Shown one piece after another: positions 17,945-27,235 of a stretch of 64,000 nt of DNA (the first letter of the stretch is position 1; each line of letters begins with the position of its first letter). Made by a program: the position numbers and the translations under genes. The DNA is from an uncultured Puniceicoccaceae bacterium (GTDB lineage Bacteria; Verrucomicrobiota; Verrucomicrobiia; Opitutales; Oceanipulchritudinaceae). The notes under the pieces were generated by a model. The model saw nothing but the letters and a program-made list of their open reading frames with translations. It was not told the origin of the DNA and searched no databases. The stretch is taken from the NCBI GenBank assembly GCA_963933835.1, contig CAWVVV010000001.1, positions 492,588-556,587 of the forward strand, in the 5' to 3' direction.

Positions 17945-20710
17945 ATGGCCAAAGCTTTTAAAGATACCCTACAGCTTCCAAAGACAGACTTCCCGATGCG
18001 GGGAGATTTGGCTAAGCGCGAACCTGCCCGCCTCGAAGCTTGGAAACAAGAGGACCTCTACGCTGGGATGCAGGCTGCCCGCGCCGAGGCTGACACCTTT
18101 GTCCTGCACGACGGCCCCCCCTACGCCAACGGTGACATTCACCTCGGCCACACCTTAAACAAGGTTCTCAAAGATCTCGTCCTCCGCTATAAGCACATGA
18201 GCGGCTACCGGACGCCCTACATCCCGGGGTGGGACTGTCACGGTCTACCGATCGAGCAGCAGATTCTCAAAAAGATCGGCAGTAAGATCCATACCATGGA
18301 GCCCCTTGAGCTCCGCCAGCGCTGCCTCCAATACGCCAAAGGCTGGGTCGGCACACAGCGCGAACAGTTTAAACGCCTCGGAATCCTCGCAGATTGGGAG
18401 AACCCTTACACAACGATCGACCCCGAGTTCGAGACCGGCATTCTCCAGGTCCTCCTCGCTCTCGTTGAGAAAGGCCTCGTGCGCAAGGGCTACCGCGCAG
18501 TGCACTGGGACTACGTTTTCCGCACTGCCCTCGCTGAAGCCGAGATCGAATACGAGAAGCACACCTCGCCGTCGATCTACGTCGCGATCCCTCTCATCGA
18601 TCCAGCAAGCGTTCCTGAGCTCGAAGGCATCAACGAGGTTTCCATCGTCATCTGGACGACCACACCGTGGACCATGCCGGCGAATCTCGGCATCAGCCTG
18701 CACCCAGAATTCGACTACATCGTTCTACAGACGAACGAAGGGAGAAATTTCATCGTCGCTGAGGAGCTGCGCGAGCGCTTCGAGAGCGAATGTGGGCTCG
18801 AAGGCACCTCAGTGCTCAAGAAATTCAAAGCGACGAACCTCGATAAGAAGCTCGCGCATCACCCTATTTTTGAAGGCCGCACGAGTCTCATCATGCTCGG
18901 CAAGCACGTCACCCTAGAGCAGGGCACTGGCTGTGTTCACACCGCGCCAGGACATGGTGCAGATGACTTTACGATCGGCGCAAAATACGGCCTCCCCGTT
19001 TTCTGCCCTGTCGATGCGCAAGGACGCTACACGCCAGAGTATCCCGAGATGGAAGGCACCTTTGTCTTCGACGCAAACCCGCTCGTAGTCGAAAAACTTC
19101 GCGAAAGCGGCCTCCTCATTGGCCACAAGCTAGTCGAGCACGAATACCCGTATTCCTGGCGCTCGAAGAAGCCGATCATCTTCCGGGCGACCGAACAATG
19201 GTTCCTCGAACTCGCCGAAGGCGGCATCCGCGAAGAAGCCCTCAAGGCGATCGACGAAAACGTGCAGTGGATTCCTCACTGGGGTCGCGATCGCATCCGC
19301 GGGATGGTTGAGCGTCGCCCTGAGTGGTGCATCTCCCGCCAGCGTCACTGGGGTGTGCCGATCCCGGCCGTCCGCAATGTTAAGACAAATCAAGCCATCC
19401 TCGCCCCCGAGGTAGTGAGCAAGTTCCTCGAGATCGTCAAAACTGAGGGCACCGATGCTTGGTATTCACGTCCACTGGCCGATTTCCTGCCGGACGACTG
19501 GAACGCGAGCGACTTCGAACGCGAGAACGACATTCTCGACGTCTGGTTCGACTCTGGAGCCAGTCACACCGCTGTACTCAAGCAGCGCGAAGGACTCCAC
19601 TATCCAGCTGATCTCTACCTTGAAGGCAGTGACCAGCATCGCGGTTGGTTCCAATCTGCACTTTTGCTAGGCGTGGGCGCCCATGGCACAGCCCCTTACA
19701 AGTCTGTCCTCACGCACGGCTTCGTTCTCGATGGCAAAGGTAAGGCGATGTCGAAATCGCTCGGCAACGTCATCTCGCCTCACGACCTGATCAAGACGTA
19801 TGGCGCAGACATCGTTCGCCTCTGGGTCGCCAGCACGGACTACCGCAACGACGTCGCGATGTCGGAAGAGATCCTCAAGATCACTGCCGACACCTACCGG
19901 ACGATCCGCAACTCGACCCGCTTTCAGCTCGGAACCTTGTCTGATTTCAATTTTGCGACGGATGCCGTCGCCTCATCAGACCTCACTCTGATTGACCGCT
20001 GGGCATTAAACCAGCTGGCCACGCTCGCTGAGGAAGTCACCGCCGCCTACGAAGCCTACGAGTTCCACCGCGCATATCAGCTGCTCAACCAGTATTACAC
20101 TGTCACCCTCTCGGCGCGCTACCACGACATCCTCAAGGATCGTCTCTATACCTTCCGCGCTGATCACCCAGCACGACGCTCGTCGCAAACGGTGATCTAC
20201 CACCACGCGCACACCCTCCTTCATCTCCTAGCTCCGATCCTTGTCTTCACCGCTGACGAAGCCTGGGAAGTCTTCTGCACGGAACAAAAGCTCGAAGACA
20301 CCACACGCATCGCTCTACGAAGCTTTAGCGCAGTTCCGACTGACTGGAAAGACAGCTCAAGCGCGGACGATGTCGAAGCGCTCCTCAAGCTCCGCGACGA
20401 GGTGAACGAAAAGCTCGAGACCCTCCGAAAAGACAAAGTCATCGGAAAGTCGATTCAAGCATCGGTAACCTTCCGAGGACAAGAAACCGACCCCATCTTT
20501 ACCCTCCTTAAACGTCACGAAGCAAATTTAGCTGAACTTTTCATTGTCTCAGCCGTCTCTATCGAACACCAGCCAGACTCTGATAAGCTCGAAGTCAGTG
20601 CGCAACCAGCCGACGGAGATAGTTGTCCGCGCTGCTGGCGCACGGTTCCAAGCTTAGAAGAAACAAAGCTCGAGCCTACTTGTCCGCGCTGTGCCGAAGC
20701 ACTTACGTGA
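17945..20710 (+). CDS. ileS: Isoleucine-tRNA ligase
   Basis: LHDGPPYANG, HLGH, GWDCHGLP, WTTTPWT, EGSDQHRGWF, AMSKS, C-terminal CPRC. Confidence 0.98.
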   Translation: MAKAFKDTLQLPKTDFPMRGDLAKREPARLEAWKQEDLYAGMQAARAEADTFVLHDGPPYANGDIHLGHTLNKVLKDLVLRYKHMSGYRTPYIPGWDCHGLPIEQQILKKIGSKIHTMEPLELRQRCLQYAKGWVGTQREQFKRLGILADWENPYTTIDPEFETGILQVLLALVEKGLVRKGYRAVHWDYVFRTALAEAEIEYEKHTSPSIYVAIPLIDPASVPELEGINEVSIVIWTTTPWTMPANLGISLHPEFDYIVLQTNEGRNFIVAEELRERFESECGLEGTSVLKKFKATNLDKKLAHHPIFEGRTSLIMLGKHVTLEQGTGCVHTAPGHGADDFTIGAKYGLPVFCPVDAQGRYTPEYPEMEGTFVFDANPLVVEKLRESGLLIGHKLVEHEYPYSWRSKKPIIFRATEQWFLELAEGGIREEALKAIDENVQWIPHWGRDRIRGMVERRPEWCISRQRHWGVPIPAVRNVKTNQAILAPEVVSKFLEIVKTEGTDAWYSRPLADFLPDDWNASDFERENDILDVWFDSGASHTAVLKQREGLHYPADLYLEGSDQHRGWFQSALLLGVGAHGTAPYKSVLTHGFVLDGKGKAMSKSLGNVISPHDLIKTYGADIVRLWVASTDYRNDVAMSEEILKITADTYRTIRNSTRFQLGTLSDFNFATDAVASSDLTLIDRWALNQLATLAEEVTAAYEAYEFHRAYQLLNQYYTVTLSARYHDILKDRLYTFRADHPARRSSQTVIYHHAHTLLHLLAPILVFTADEAWEVFCTEQKLEDTTRIALRSFSAVPTDWKDSSSADDVEALLKLRDEVNEKLETLRKDKVIGKSIQASVTFRGQETDPIFTLLKRHEANLAELFIVSAVSIEHQPDSDKLEVSAQPADGDSCPRCWRTVPSLEETKLEPTCPRCAEALT

Positions 20711-20742
20711 TGTCACCCAAACACCCAGCTTAATTTTAGCCC

Positions 20743-21663
20743 ATGTCCGCAAAGAAAAAGTCTGCCGCAAAGAAGACGGTGAAAAAGGCCGCCAAGAAAA
20801 CACCTGCCAAGAAGGCTGCTTCTAATAAAGCTGTCGTCAAAAAGGCAGCGAAAAAAGCGGCTCCTAAGAAAGCTGCGAAGAAGGCTGCTGCCAAGAAAGC
20901 CGCGACCCCAAAGGCCAGTGAGCTTCTGAAACGGACTCAGCACGAGACGCCTGCCATTTTCAAGGTAGGCACTCGAAAAGCAGCCTCCGTCGTCTACACT
21001 CTAGAAGACGTTCGCGCCTTCCTCGCCAAGAAGGCAAAAGAGACGCCTAAGCCGAAGAAGAAGGCCGCAAAGAAGGCTGCGAAAAAAGTCGCAACAGCGC
21101 CAGCTGCCGTAACCGAGGAAATTCCAGAGCCCGTCGCAAGCAAGCGCTCCACAGCGAGCCTTGCAGACATCCTAGGATTCGGCGCAGGCCCAGCGAAGAG
21201 CGAGAAAGCCGCGCCGAAGAACCGAGCCGTCCCACGCAAACACAAGCGCAACTTCGACGCGCTGCGCGAACTCCGCGCGCACGTTCGCGCCAGCCTCGGG
21301 ATGCACGCAGAAGACACCCTTGGCCGCTCAATGAAAGAGGACTCCGGCGACATCTCGACCTCCTCAGACTCAGCTTCTGACACTTTCAACCGTGACTTTG
21401 CACTCAGCGTGGTCTCGTCCGAGCAAGAAGCCTTAAAAGAACTCGATGCCGCGATTGAGCGGATTTACGCAGGATCCTACGGCGTTTGTGAGATCACGAA
21501 AGAGGCGATCAGTGAAGAGCGTCTATCCGCCGTTCCCTTCACCCGCTTCTCACTTACTGGGCAAAAAGAGCACGAGCTAACAGCTCGCCGACGCATTACT
21601 CAAGTGGGTGCCTATCTTTCAGAGGGTTCCGGCGAAGGCGTGACCTTCGGCGACGACGGGTGA
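20743..21663 (+). CDS. dksA: DksA/TraR family protein with histone H1-like Lys/Ala-rich N-terminal extension
   Basis: C-terminal ELDAAIERIYAGSYGVCEIT..I..ERL.AVPF; N-terminal KKAA/PAKK repeats; ileS-dksA-lspA context. Confidence 0.85.
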   Translation: MSAKKKSAAKKTVKKAAKKTPAKKAASNKAVVKKAAKKAAPKKAAKKAAAKKAATPKASELLKRTQHETPAIFKVGTRKAASVVYTLEDVRAFLAKKAKETPKPKKKAAKKAAKKVATAPAAVTEEIPEPVASKRSTASLADILGFGAGPAKSEKAAPKNRAVPRKHKRNFDALRELRAHVRASLGMHAEDTLGRSMKEDSGDISTSSDSASDTFNRDFALSVVSSEQEALKELDAAIERIYAGSYGVCEITKEAISEERLSAVPFTRFSLTGQKEHELTARRRITQVGAYLSEGSGEGVTFGDDG

Positions 21664-22187
21664 CAATTAAGTTCGACGAGGCTCCGCGCTGGCAGGCTTA
21701 CATCACCTTCTGGTGGTTGTTTCTCGCTACCCTGATCTTAGATCAAGCGACTAAGCTCTGGATCGTCCACGGATCCGGCTACATCTTGGGACAGGTTCCC
21801 CCGCAGAGTGGAACGACGATCATCCCAGGCTTCCTGAACTTCATCTACATGGTGAACTATGGAGCCGCATGGGGCATCGGGGAAGGCTTCGGGATCATTT
21901 TTACGATCATCGCGGTTGCCGTTCTCTACGCCATCTTCCGCTTCCGGCGCGTCTTCGAGGTAAAACGCCTTCCCTATCAAGTCGCTTTCGGCCTCATCAC
22001 TCCTGGCATTGTAGGAAACGCCATCGATCGACTCTTACGGGGCCATGTCGTCGACTTTATCGACGTCAATCTACAGTTCTACCGCTGGCCTACCTTCAAT
22101 ATTGCTGACTGCGGCATCGTCATCGGGACGATGTCGATGCTCATCTTCAGCACCTTCTACGACCGCAAAAACAGCGCTCGTAAGTGA
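21660..22187 (+). CDS. lspA: Lipoprotein signal peptidase II
   Basis: DQATK, NYGAAWG, GNAIDR, VVDFI, FNIAD. Confidence 0.95.
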   Translation: MTIKFDEAPRWQAYITFWWLFLATLILDQATKLWIVHGSGYILGQVPPQSGTTIIPGFLNFIYMVNYGAAWGIGEGFGIIFTIIAVAVLYAIFRFRRVFEVKRLPYQVAFGLITPGIVGNAIDRLLRGHVVDFIDVNLQFYRWPTFNIADCGIVIGTMSMLIFSTFYDRKNSARK

Positions 22188-22202
22188 GTCCAAGCTCTAG
22201 GG

Positions 22203-22310
22203 AGAAAAAGGCCCGGACGCACCCTAACGTCCGGACCCTGATTTCGGCAAAATCCCGGATGTGCGGAATTTTGCGATAAAACCCGAATGGGGAAATTTCT
22301 AAGAGGACCG
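22203..22310 (-). ncRNA. Candidate small RNA with sigma54-type promoter, internal hairpin and own terminator
   Basis: Bounded by a -24/-12 motif (22321-22336) and a minus-strand terminator (22205-22238); both stems have G-U pairs only on the minus strand. Confidence 0.5.
22205..22238 (-). terminator. Intrinsic terminator
   Basis: GGUCCGGACG-uuagggug-CGUCCGGGCC-UUUUU. Confidence 0.75.
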
Positions 22311-22320
22311 CTGCTTGGCA

Positions 22321-22336
22321 TGCACAGCGTATGCCA
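22321..22336 (-). promoter_or_regulatory. Sigma54 (-24/-12) promoter-like motif
   Basis: TGGCAT-ACGCT-GTGCA versus consensus TGGCAC-N5-TTGCW; exact GG-N10-GC spacing. Confidence 0.55.
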
Positions 22337-22458
22337 AGTCTCGCGTCCTATGGCTTAAAGTAGCCTGACTGTGCGTGGACAGGGTTCTTACGCAGATTTT
22401 GACACCTGAAGTATGCGATAATGAACACCGCCCTAGTTCGACTTTTAACCGTGGGGAC

Positions 22459-22490
22459 AAAAAAAGGCCCCCGGTAACACCGGAGGCCTT
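22459..22490 (-). terminator. Intrinsic terminator of hup
   Basis: AGGCCUCCGGU-guu-ACCGGGGGCCU followed by a U-run. Confidence 0.85.
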
Positions 22491-22517
22491 GAAAAAATCT
22501 TGGAGTAGATCTCTAGA

Positions 22518-22796
22518 TTAGATAGCTGCCTTCAAACCAGCACCTGGCTTGAACTTAACTGTGCGAGAAGCAGCAATCTTGATCTTCTCACCAGTGCGGG
22601 GGTTCACACCGAGGCGAGCTTTGCGCTTTGATACTTCAAAAGTACCGAAACCAACCAATTGGACTTTCTTTTCTTTGCCTTTGAGGCCTTTTTTAATGCC
22701 TTCAATAACTGCATCGACTGCGCGTTCAGCGCCAGCCTTTGAAGTTTCAGCACCGAGGTTGCTTTGGACTGCTTCAACAAGTTCAGCTTTGTTCAT
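22518..22796 (-). CDS. hup: DNA-binding protein HU
   Basis: MNKAELV, VQLVGFGTF, RKARLGVNPRTGE, FKPG. Confidence 0.96.
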   Translation of the reverse strand: MNKAELVEAVQSNLGAETSKAGAERAVDAVIEGIKKGLKGKEKKVQLVGFGTFEVSKRKARLGVNPRTGEKIKIAASRTVKFKPGAGLKAAI

Positions 22797-22923
22797 GTAA
22801 TTCCTTTTTCGTTTGAGGTGAGTTTGAGAACCAAATCTCGAAGAGACGAAAGGTCGATTTCGAAGCCCAGTCAATGCGTTTTTCACATCTAGGTGATCAA
22901 ATTTCCCAAAACAGCACTTCACT

Positions 22924-23163
22924 CTACCCTTGATCAGGAGTGATATCCTGAGGACCAATGCCCTGAGACCCACTAATAGCAAGGTCAAGGAGTTCATTCA
23001 ATGCTACAGCCTGCTTGACATCTCGCTCTTGAGCCAGCTGAGCGGACCGTTTCCACATCTGCAGCGCCATCACTTTCGCTTGCTCTTGAGGCGCCCCGAG
23101 GCCGCCGAACAAACGTGTTATCTTTTCTACTACATCGCGCTCATTGAAATCCTCTTCAATCAT
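22924..23163 (-). CDS. Hypothetical protein, 79 aa
   Basis: Overlaps the end of the upstream ygfZ-like gene; helical pattern. Confidence 0.55.
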   Translation of the reverse strand: MIEEDFNERDVVEKITRLFGGLGAPQEQAKVMALQMWKRSAQLAQERDVKQAVALNELLDLAISGSQGIGPQDITPDQG

Positions 23164-24079
23164 CGATAACCTCTATCTCCATTCCCGCGACGGAGCCGAG
23201 CCTCAAGTCTCCTTCAAGAGCCTTCGTCTTGAGCATCGCTAGGCCACGAAACGGTGCTTCTTCAGTCGATCCTCGGAGATCACCGACTCCCTGCTCATCC
23301 AAATAGATAGGGAGGCGAGGCGAGGCTGACGGCTTCGCGTCTTCCGCAGGCGCAGACAGGCGCAAGCGCACTAATTTCTTAGACGCCCTCTCAAGTCGGG
23401 CCTGGCGATTCACGACCTCTTGGCCTAGGTAGCAGCCTTTCTGGAGCGAGCAAAGTCCCGAGAGACCCACTTCTGCCGGTGTTTCCTCGGGGCCGACTTC
23501 AAGGGGAATCTCACACACACCCTTCTCCATCCGGAAGCGCTTATATTCAGCTTCATTCCATTTCGAAAATGCTGAAGCTTCGACTTTCGAATACATTGCG
23601 CTCAAGGCGTCTAAAGCCCCAAAGATCATAACAGAAGGCTGCGCAGCATTCAAGAAAGGCAATATGTAGCAGCTTTCCTGATACACTGATACATCCTCTT
23701 GTGTCGCTTCTGAAATTCCCAACCCAAGCTCAGTCAAATGGCTCCTTGAACCGTATACCAAAATAAGCCCCGAGGCCGAAGTAAGGTCGCTCAATTCAAC
23801 TTCTTCGGAGATGATGTGCCGGTCGAGTTTTGCCATGAGCGTCCCAGCAGGGGTAGATCGGCTGACAAGGAGGAACCTTTCCGGCGCTAGCTTGAGGATA
23901 CAACTTTCTCCCTCGATTCGTGCGCGATGATTGAGCCAAAGCCCTTCTTTAAACTGTCCTTCGCTCATTCGAAGATCGGCACTGAATTGACTTTGCAAAA
24001 AGTCCGCTGAGTCCTCCCCGCTGATATCGATGACCGCAGCTGCGGGTCGCTTGATCCATCCCTGTGTATATTCTGCCAT
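23156..24079 (-). CDS. YgfZ/GcvT-like folate-binding protein
   Basis: ISGEDSADFLQSQFS, KGCYLGQE. Confidence 0.88.
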   Translation of the reverse strand: MAEYTQGWIKRPAAAVIDISGEDSADFLQSQFSADLRMSEGQFKEGLWLNHRARIEGESCILKLAPERFLLVSRSTPAGTLMAKLDRHIISEEVELSDLTSASGLILVYGSRSHLTELGLGISEATQEDVSVYQESCYILPFLNAAQPSVMIFGALDALSAMYSKVEASAFSKWNEAEYKRFRMEKGVCEIPLEVGPEETPAEVGLSGLCSLQKGCYLGQEVVNRQARLERASKKLVRLRLSAPAEDAKPSASPRLPIYLDEQGVGDLRGSTEEAPFRGLAMLKTKALEGDLRLGSVAGMEIEVIDD

Positions 24080-24084
24080 CGCAA

Positions 24085-24489
24085 CTACTTCGTTTGTAAG
24101 CGGATATTTTCCAGCCCTTGCTTCCGACAAGCATCCATCAAGGTCGTCGTGTCTTTTAGCAAACTTGCTTCATCAGCAGTAATAAGAACCGGCACCTGGT
24201 TGTTCACTTGAGCTGCCAAAACAAGGCGACGAATCAGTTCATCTTGATCTACCTCGTCAGAATTGTAGTAATAAACCCCTTCTTTCGTCACTGCGAGTTC
24301 GATGAATTCACTCCGCGCCGACTCACCCGCGGTTTCCATTTCAGGGAGGGTCAACTGCAAGATGCGCATATCGCGAAACCGCATTGTGACGAGGAAGAAA
24401 AACACGAGCACGACGAGCACATCGATCAACGGCACAATGTTGATTTCAACTCGTCGGCGACGAACCGGCCTAAGCGAATTCGATTTCAC
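24085..24489 (-). CDS. exbD: Biopolymer transport protein ExbD/TolR
   Basis: INIVPLIDVLVVLVFFFLVT, LP, ITADE. Confidence 0.9.
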   Translation of the reverse strand: MKSNSLRPVRRRRVEINIVPLIDVLVVLVFFFLVTMRFRDMRILQLTLPEMETAGESARSEFIELAVTKEGVYYYNSDEVDQDELIRRLVLAAQVNNQVPVLITADEASLLKDTTTLMDACRKQGLENIRLQTK

Positions 24490-25064
24490 TTCAAAGCCGA
24501 CTTGGTGCGCTTAAGATTCGCAAGGCGCTCAACCGCAACTTCTAGCTGAGCTGCATAGTTATCGACTCGGCGGTTAAGATAGCTGTTGAAAGCCAACGCT
24601 GGGATTGCGATGGTCAGACCCATCATCGTCGTGGTCAGAGCTAAAGCGACGCCCTCGCGGAATGCTCCCATCTCAGGCATGCCGGTATCCGGCGAAAGGT
24701 TCGCAAAGACCTCGACGAGGCCAGTGACCGTTCCCAAAAGGCCCAGCAGAGGGGCCGCGCCGACAATCACCTCAAGAACAAAGAAACCTCGCTCCATTTT
24801 AGATAATTGGAGCCGAGCATAGGCCTTCAACTGATCTGCATCAATTTGCGGATCCTGAAAAAAGAGTAAGATACGACCTGCGACAGATTGCGTATCGACG
24901 TCTGTCGGCACTGTCCCGCTGATGATCAAATCTTGTAGATGCTTCGGGATGATCCGGCTCTGCCGCAGCGCTACCATCCGCTCAACGACGATGAAAGTCG
25001 CCAAGGCGAGGCAAAGAAAGAGGGGCCAGGCAAAGATCCCAGCGTCACGAATGAAGTCGTTCAT
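24486..25064 (-). CDS. exbB: MotA/TolQ/ExbB proton channel
   Basis: APLLGLLGTVTG, ALTTT..GL.IAIP. Confidence 0.9.
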   Translation of the reverse strand: MNDFIRDAGIFAWPLFLCLALATFIVVERMVALRQSRIIPKHLQDLIISGTVPTDVDTQSVAGRILLFFQDPQIDADQLKAYARLQLSKMERGFFVLEVIVGAAPLLGLLGTVTGLVEVFANLSPDTGMPEMGAFREGVALALTTTMMGLTIAIPALAFNSYLNRRVDNYAAQLEVAVERLANLKRTKSALK

Positions 25065-25102
25065 TGCTTAATCAGACGCGACAAAACGAAAAGAGTTCGG
25101 CC

Positions 25103-25705
25103 TTAGGCCTTCATGTAGGGTAATTTATCAGCCACGCTCGAAACATCAGCAGCTGCGCCAACAAGGTCTTCGAGAGGATCCCAGTTCCCAGCAAGGAGAG
25201 ACTGACGACTGCCAGGCTTCATCGAACAAGCGATTTTTGTATCCCCATAAGTCAATTCCATCGCCTCAAGATCGATGCTCACATTGAGCGTTGGATCTGC
25301 ATCCACCGCAGTAGCGATTGCCCTCCGTTCTTCACGAGTGACGGTCACACACGGCATCCCGAGTTGCGTGCTATTGCCGAAGAAGATCTCAGCAAACCCT
25401 TCGGCGATGACCGCGCGAAAGCCGGCACGGTAGATGGCTTGCGGAGCATGTTCCCGTGAGGAGCCACAGCCAAAGTTGTTTCCGCTGATGAGGATGCTGG
25501 CCTCGGCATGAGCGGGTTTATTCAGAGGGTGGTCTTTCTTTTCGCCATCCTCGGAGATACGCACGTCGTAAAACATGTAGTCACCGAGGCCATCGAAGGT
25601 GACGCACTTCATGAAACGCGCCGGGATGATGCGATCCGTATCGATATCATCTCCGGGGACGGAAACCGCCGTGCCGGATACCTTAGAAATAGAGGGGAGT
25701 GCCAT
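25103..25705 (-). CDS. leuD: 3-isopropylmalate dehydratase small subunit
   Basis: DIDTDRIIPARF, NFGCGSSREHAP. Confidence 0.95.
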   Translation of the reverse strand: MALPSISKVSGTAVSVPGDDIDTDRIIPARFMKCVTFDGLGDYMFYDVRISEDGEKKDHPLNKPAHAEASILISGNNFGCGSSREHAPQAIYRAGFRAVIAEGFAEIFFGNSTQLGMPCVTVTREERRAIATAVDADPTLNVSIDLEAMELTYGDTKIACSMKPGSRQSLLAGNWDPLEDLVGAAADVSSVADKLPYMKA

Positions 25706-25789
25706 GATCTGACCAATCAATGTGAGCACCTTAGCAGCGCAAGTAAAATGAGATGCTTGTCGCAATAATGACGCACCACTCTGCGACGC

Positions 25790-26215
25790 TTATGAAGACA
25801 CGCTAAGAATGAGCTCCCGCGTATGCGGTATGGCTCGGTGTTCCCAAAGGGAAACGCCCTGCCATGTCCCTAGTTCTAGCCGCCCACCAGCGACGGGAAT
25901 CGTCTCCGAGCTCCGCGTCAGGGCCATCTTTATGTGGCTAGGCATGTCGTCCAACCCCTCATGAATATGGGTGAAATGCGGATTGTGCGGATCGACAAGG
26001 CGATCTAGCCAATCCTCTAGATCGTGCCGGGCGGAAGGATCCGCATTCTCCATCAATACCAAGCTCGCGGACGTGTGACGGCAAAATACAACAAGCAGTC
26101 CATCCTCGATGCCCACTGCATCAACCCATTGCTGGCATTGAGTGGTCACTTCGTAGAGTCCGGAATGGCTCGTTGGGACAGTTATCTTTCTGTGTTTTAC
26201 GGCCATCTGGCTCAA
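25790..26215 (-). CDS. YjbQ/UPF0047 family protein
   Basis: HTSASL..ENADP, DDMPSHIK, LGTWQG. Confidence 0.92.
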   Translation of the reverse strand: MSQMAVKHRKITVPTSHSGLYEVTTQCQQWVDAVGIEDGLLVVFCRHTSASLVLMENADPSARHDLEDWLDRLVDPHNPHFTHIHEGLDDMPSHIKMALTRSSETIPVAGGRLELGTWQGVSLWEHRAIPHTRELILSVSS

Positions 26216-26248
26216 AGTTAAGACGCATCAAATTGGAATCGCCCAGCC

Positions 26249-26374
26249 TCATCTGCATTTAGCAAAGGCCGAATCTAGCGGCGCGAAGTGAAAGATCCCC
26301 TCCTTATCTCGATCGAGAATAAATCGAACCGTCGGATTGCAAAAGCTGCATTCTCCGTCGTAGAAAACAATCTG
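26249..26374 (-). pseudogene. Remnant of a DCC-family thiol-disulfide oxidoreductase
   Basis: Manual translation QIVFYDGECSFCNPTVRFILDRDKEGIFHFAPLDS..., bounded by in-frame TAG upstream and TGA downstream, no start codon. Confidence 0.7.
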
Positions 26375-26509
26375 CTAGTCCGAGGTCCATCCTTCCTAAG
26401 CAATGCATAAAACCACCACAGGCAAGTTCGAGCATGTCCAAGCTAGCGCATCTACGTCAGCCCTTTTGACCCTTAGCGCTGATTCGAAAGGGCAAGTGGA
26501 ATCCACCCG

Positions 26510-27229
26510 ATGAAGATCTCACATTTCGGAATGACTCACGCAGGCTGTGTGCGGGAGGTGAATGAAGACGCGCTTTTACTTATGCCAGAGGCGAAGTTCT
26601 TTGCTGTCGCGGATGGTCTTGGTGGCCTGCCCGATGGCGACGTCGCGTCAAACATGACCCTCGAGTTTCTCGAAAACCACTACGAGGCGTATATCGAAGG
26701 CGACCAGCTACGAATCAAAGAACTCTTTGAGGCCGCAAATGCCTACGTGCATGAACTGGGTGTCGATCGTCACCCGGGGGTCGGCATCGGAACAACCCTG
26801 ACGGGAGTGCGCCTTAGCGATGACGGCCTTCTCGCCGGACATGTCGGTGACTCCAGCCTCTACCTGCTACGGGATGGAAAGTTTCACATCGTGACCGAAG
26901 AGCATACGATGGCAGCTGAGCTCGGGGCGTCCCACGACGAGAAGAGCAACGCATCGATCCCAGAATTTTATTACCACACGCTCACGCGCTGTATCGGAGC
27001 CGCCGCAGATGTTGATATCTCAGTTGAGGAATTGAAGACGCAGCCAGGCGACCGCCTCCTCCTCTCGACCGACGGGCTGATCAAGGTCGCTTCGAGTGAA
27101 TTGATCGCCGAAGCAATGGCTGCAGCCAAAAAGCCCAAGCAACTCGTCGAGGCGCTCATTGAGTTCGCCCTCGAAAACGCCTGCTCCGACAACATCACCA
27201 TTGTCGCCCTCTTCCTCGGCAAGAATTGA
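26510..27229 (+). CDS. PP2C-family Ser/Thr protein phosphatase
   Basis: R..NED, VADGLGG, GTT, HVGDS, STDGL, DNIT. Confidence 0.92.
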   Translation: MKISHFGMTHAGCVREVNEDALLLMPEAKFFAVADGLGGLPDGDVASNMTLEFLENHYEAYIEGDQLRIKELFEAANAYVHELGVDRHPGVGIGTTLTGVRLSDDGLLAGHVGDSSLYLLRDGKFHIVTEEHTMAAELGASHDEKSNASIPEFYYHTLTRCIGAAADVDISVEELKTQPGDRLLLSTDGLIKVASSELIAEAMAAAKKPKQLVEALIEFALENACSDNITIVALFLGKN

Positions 27230-27235
27230 GCTCTC

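Noticed and set aside
26375..26398. Stop-codon reassignment to explain in-frame TAGs in the DCC remnant
   Set aside because: TAG, TGA and TAA all terminate well-conserved genes in this window.
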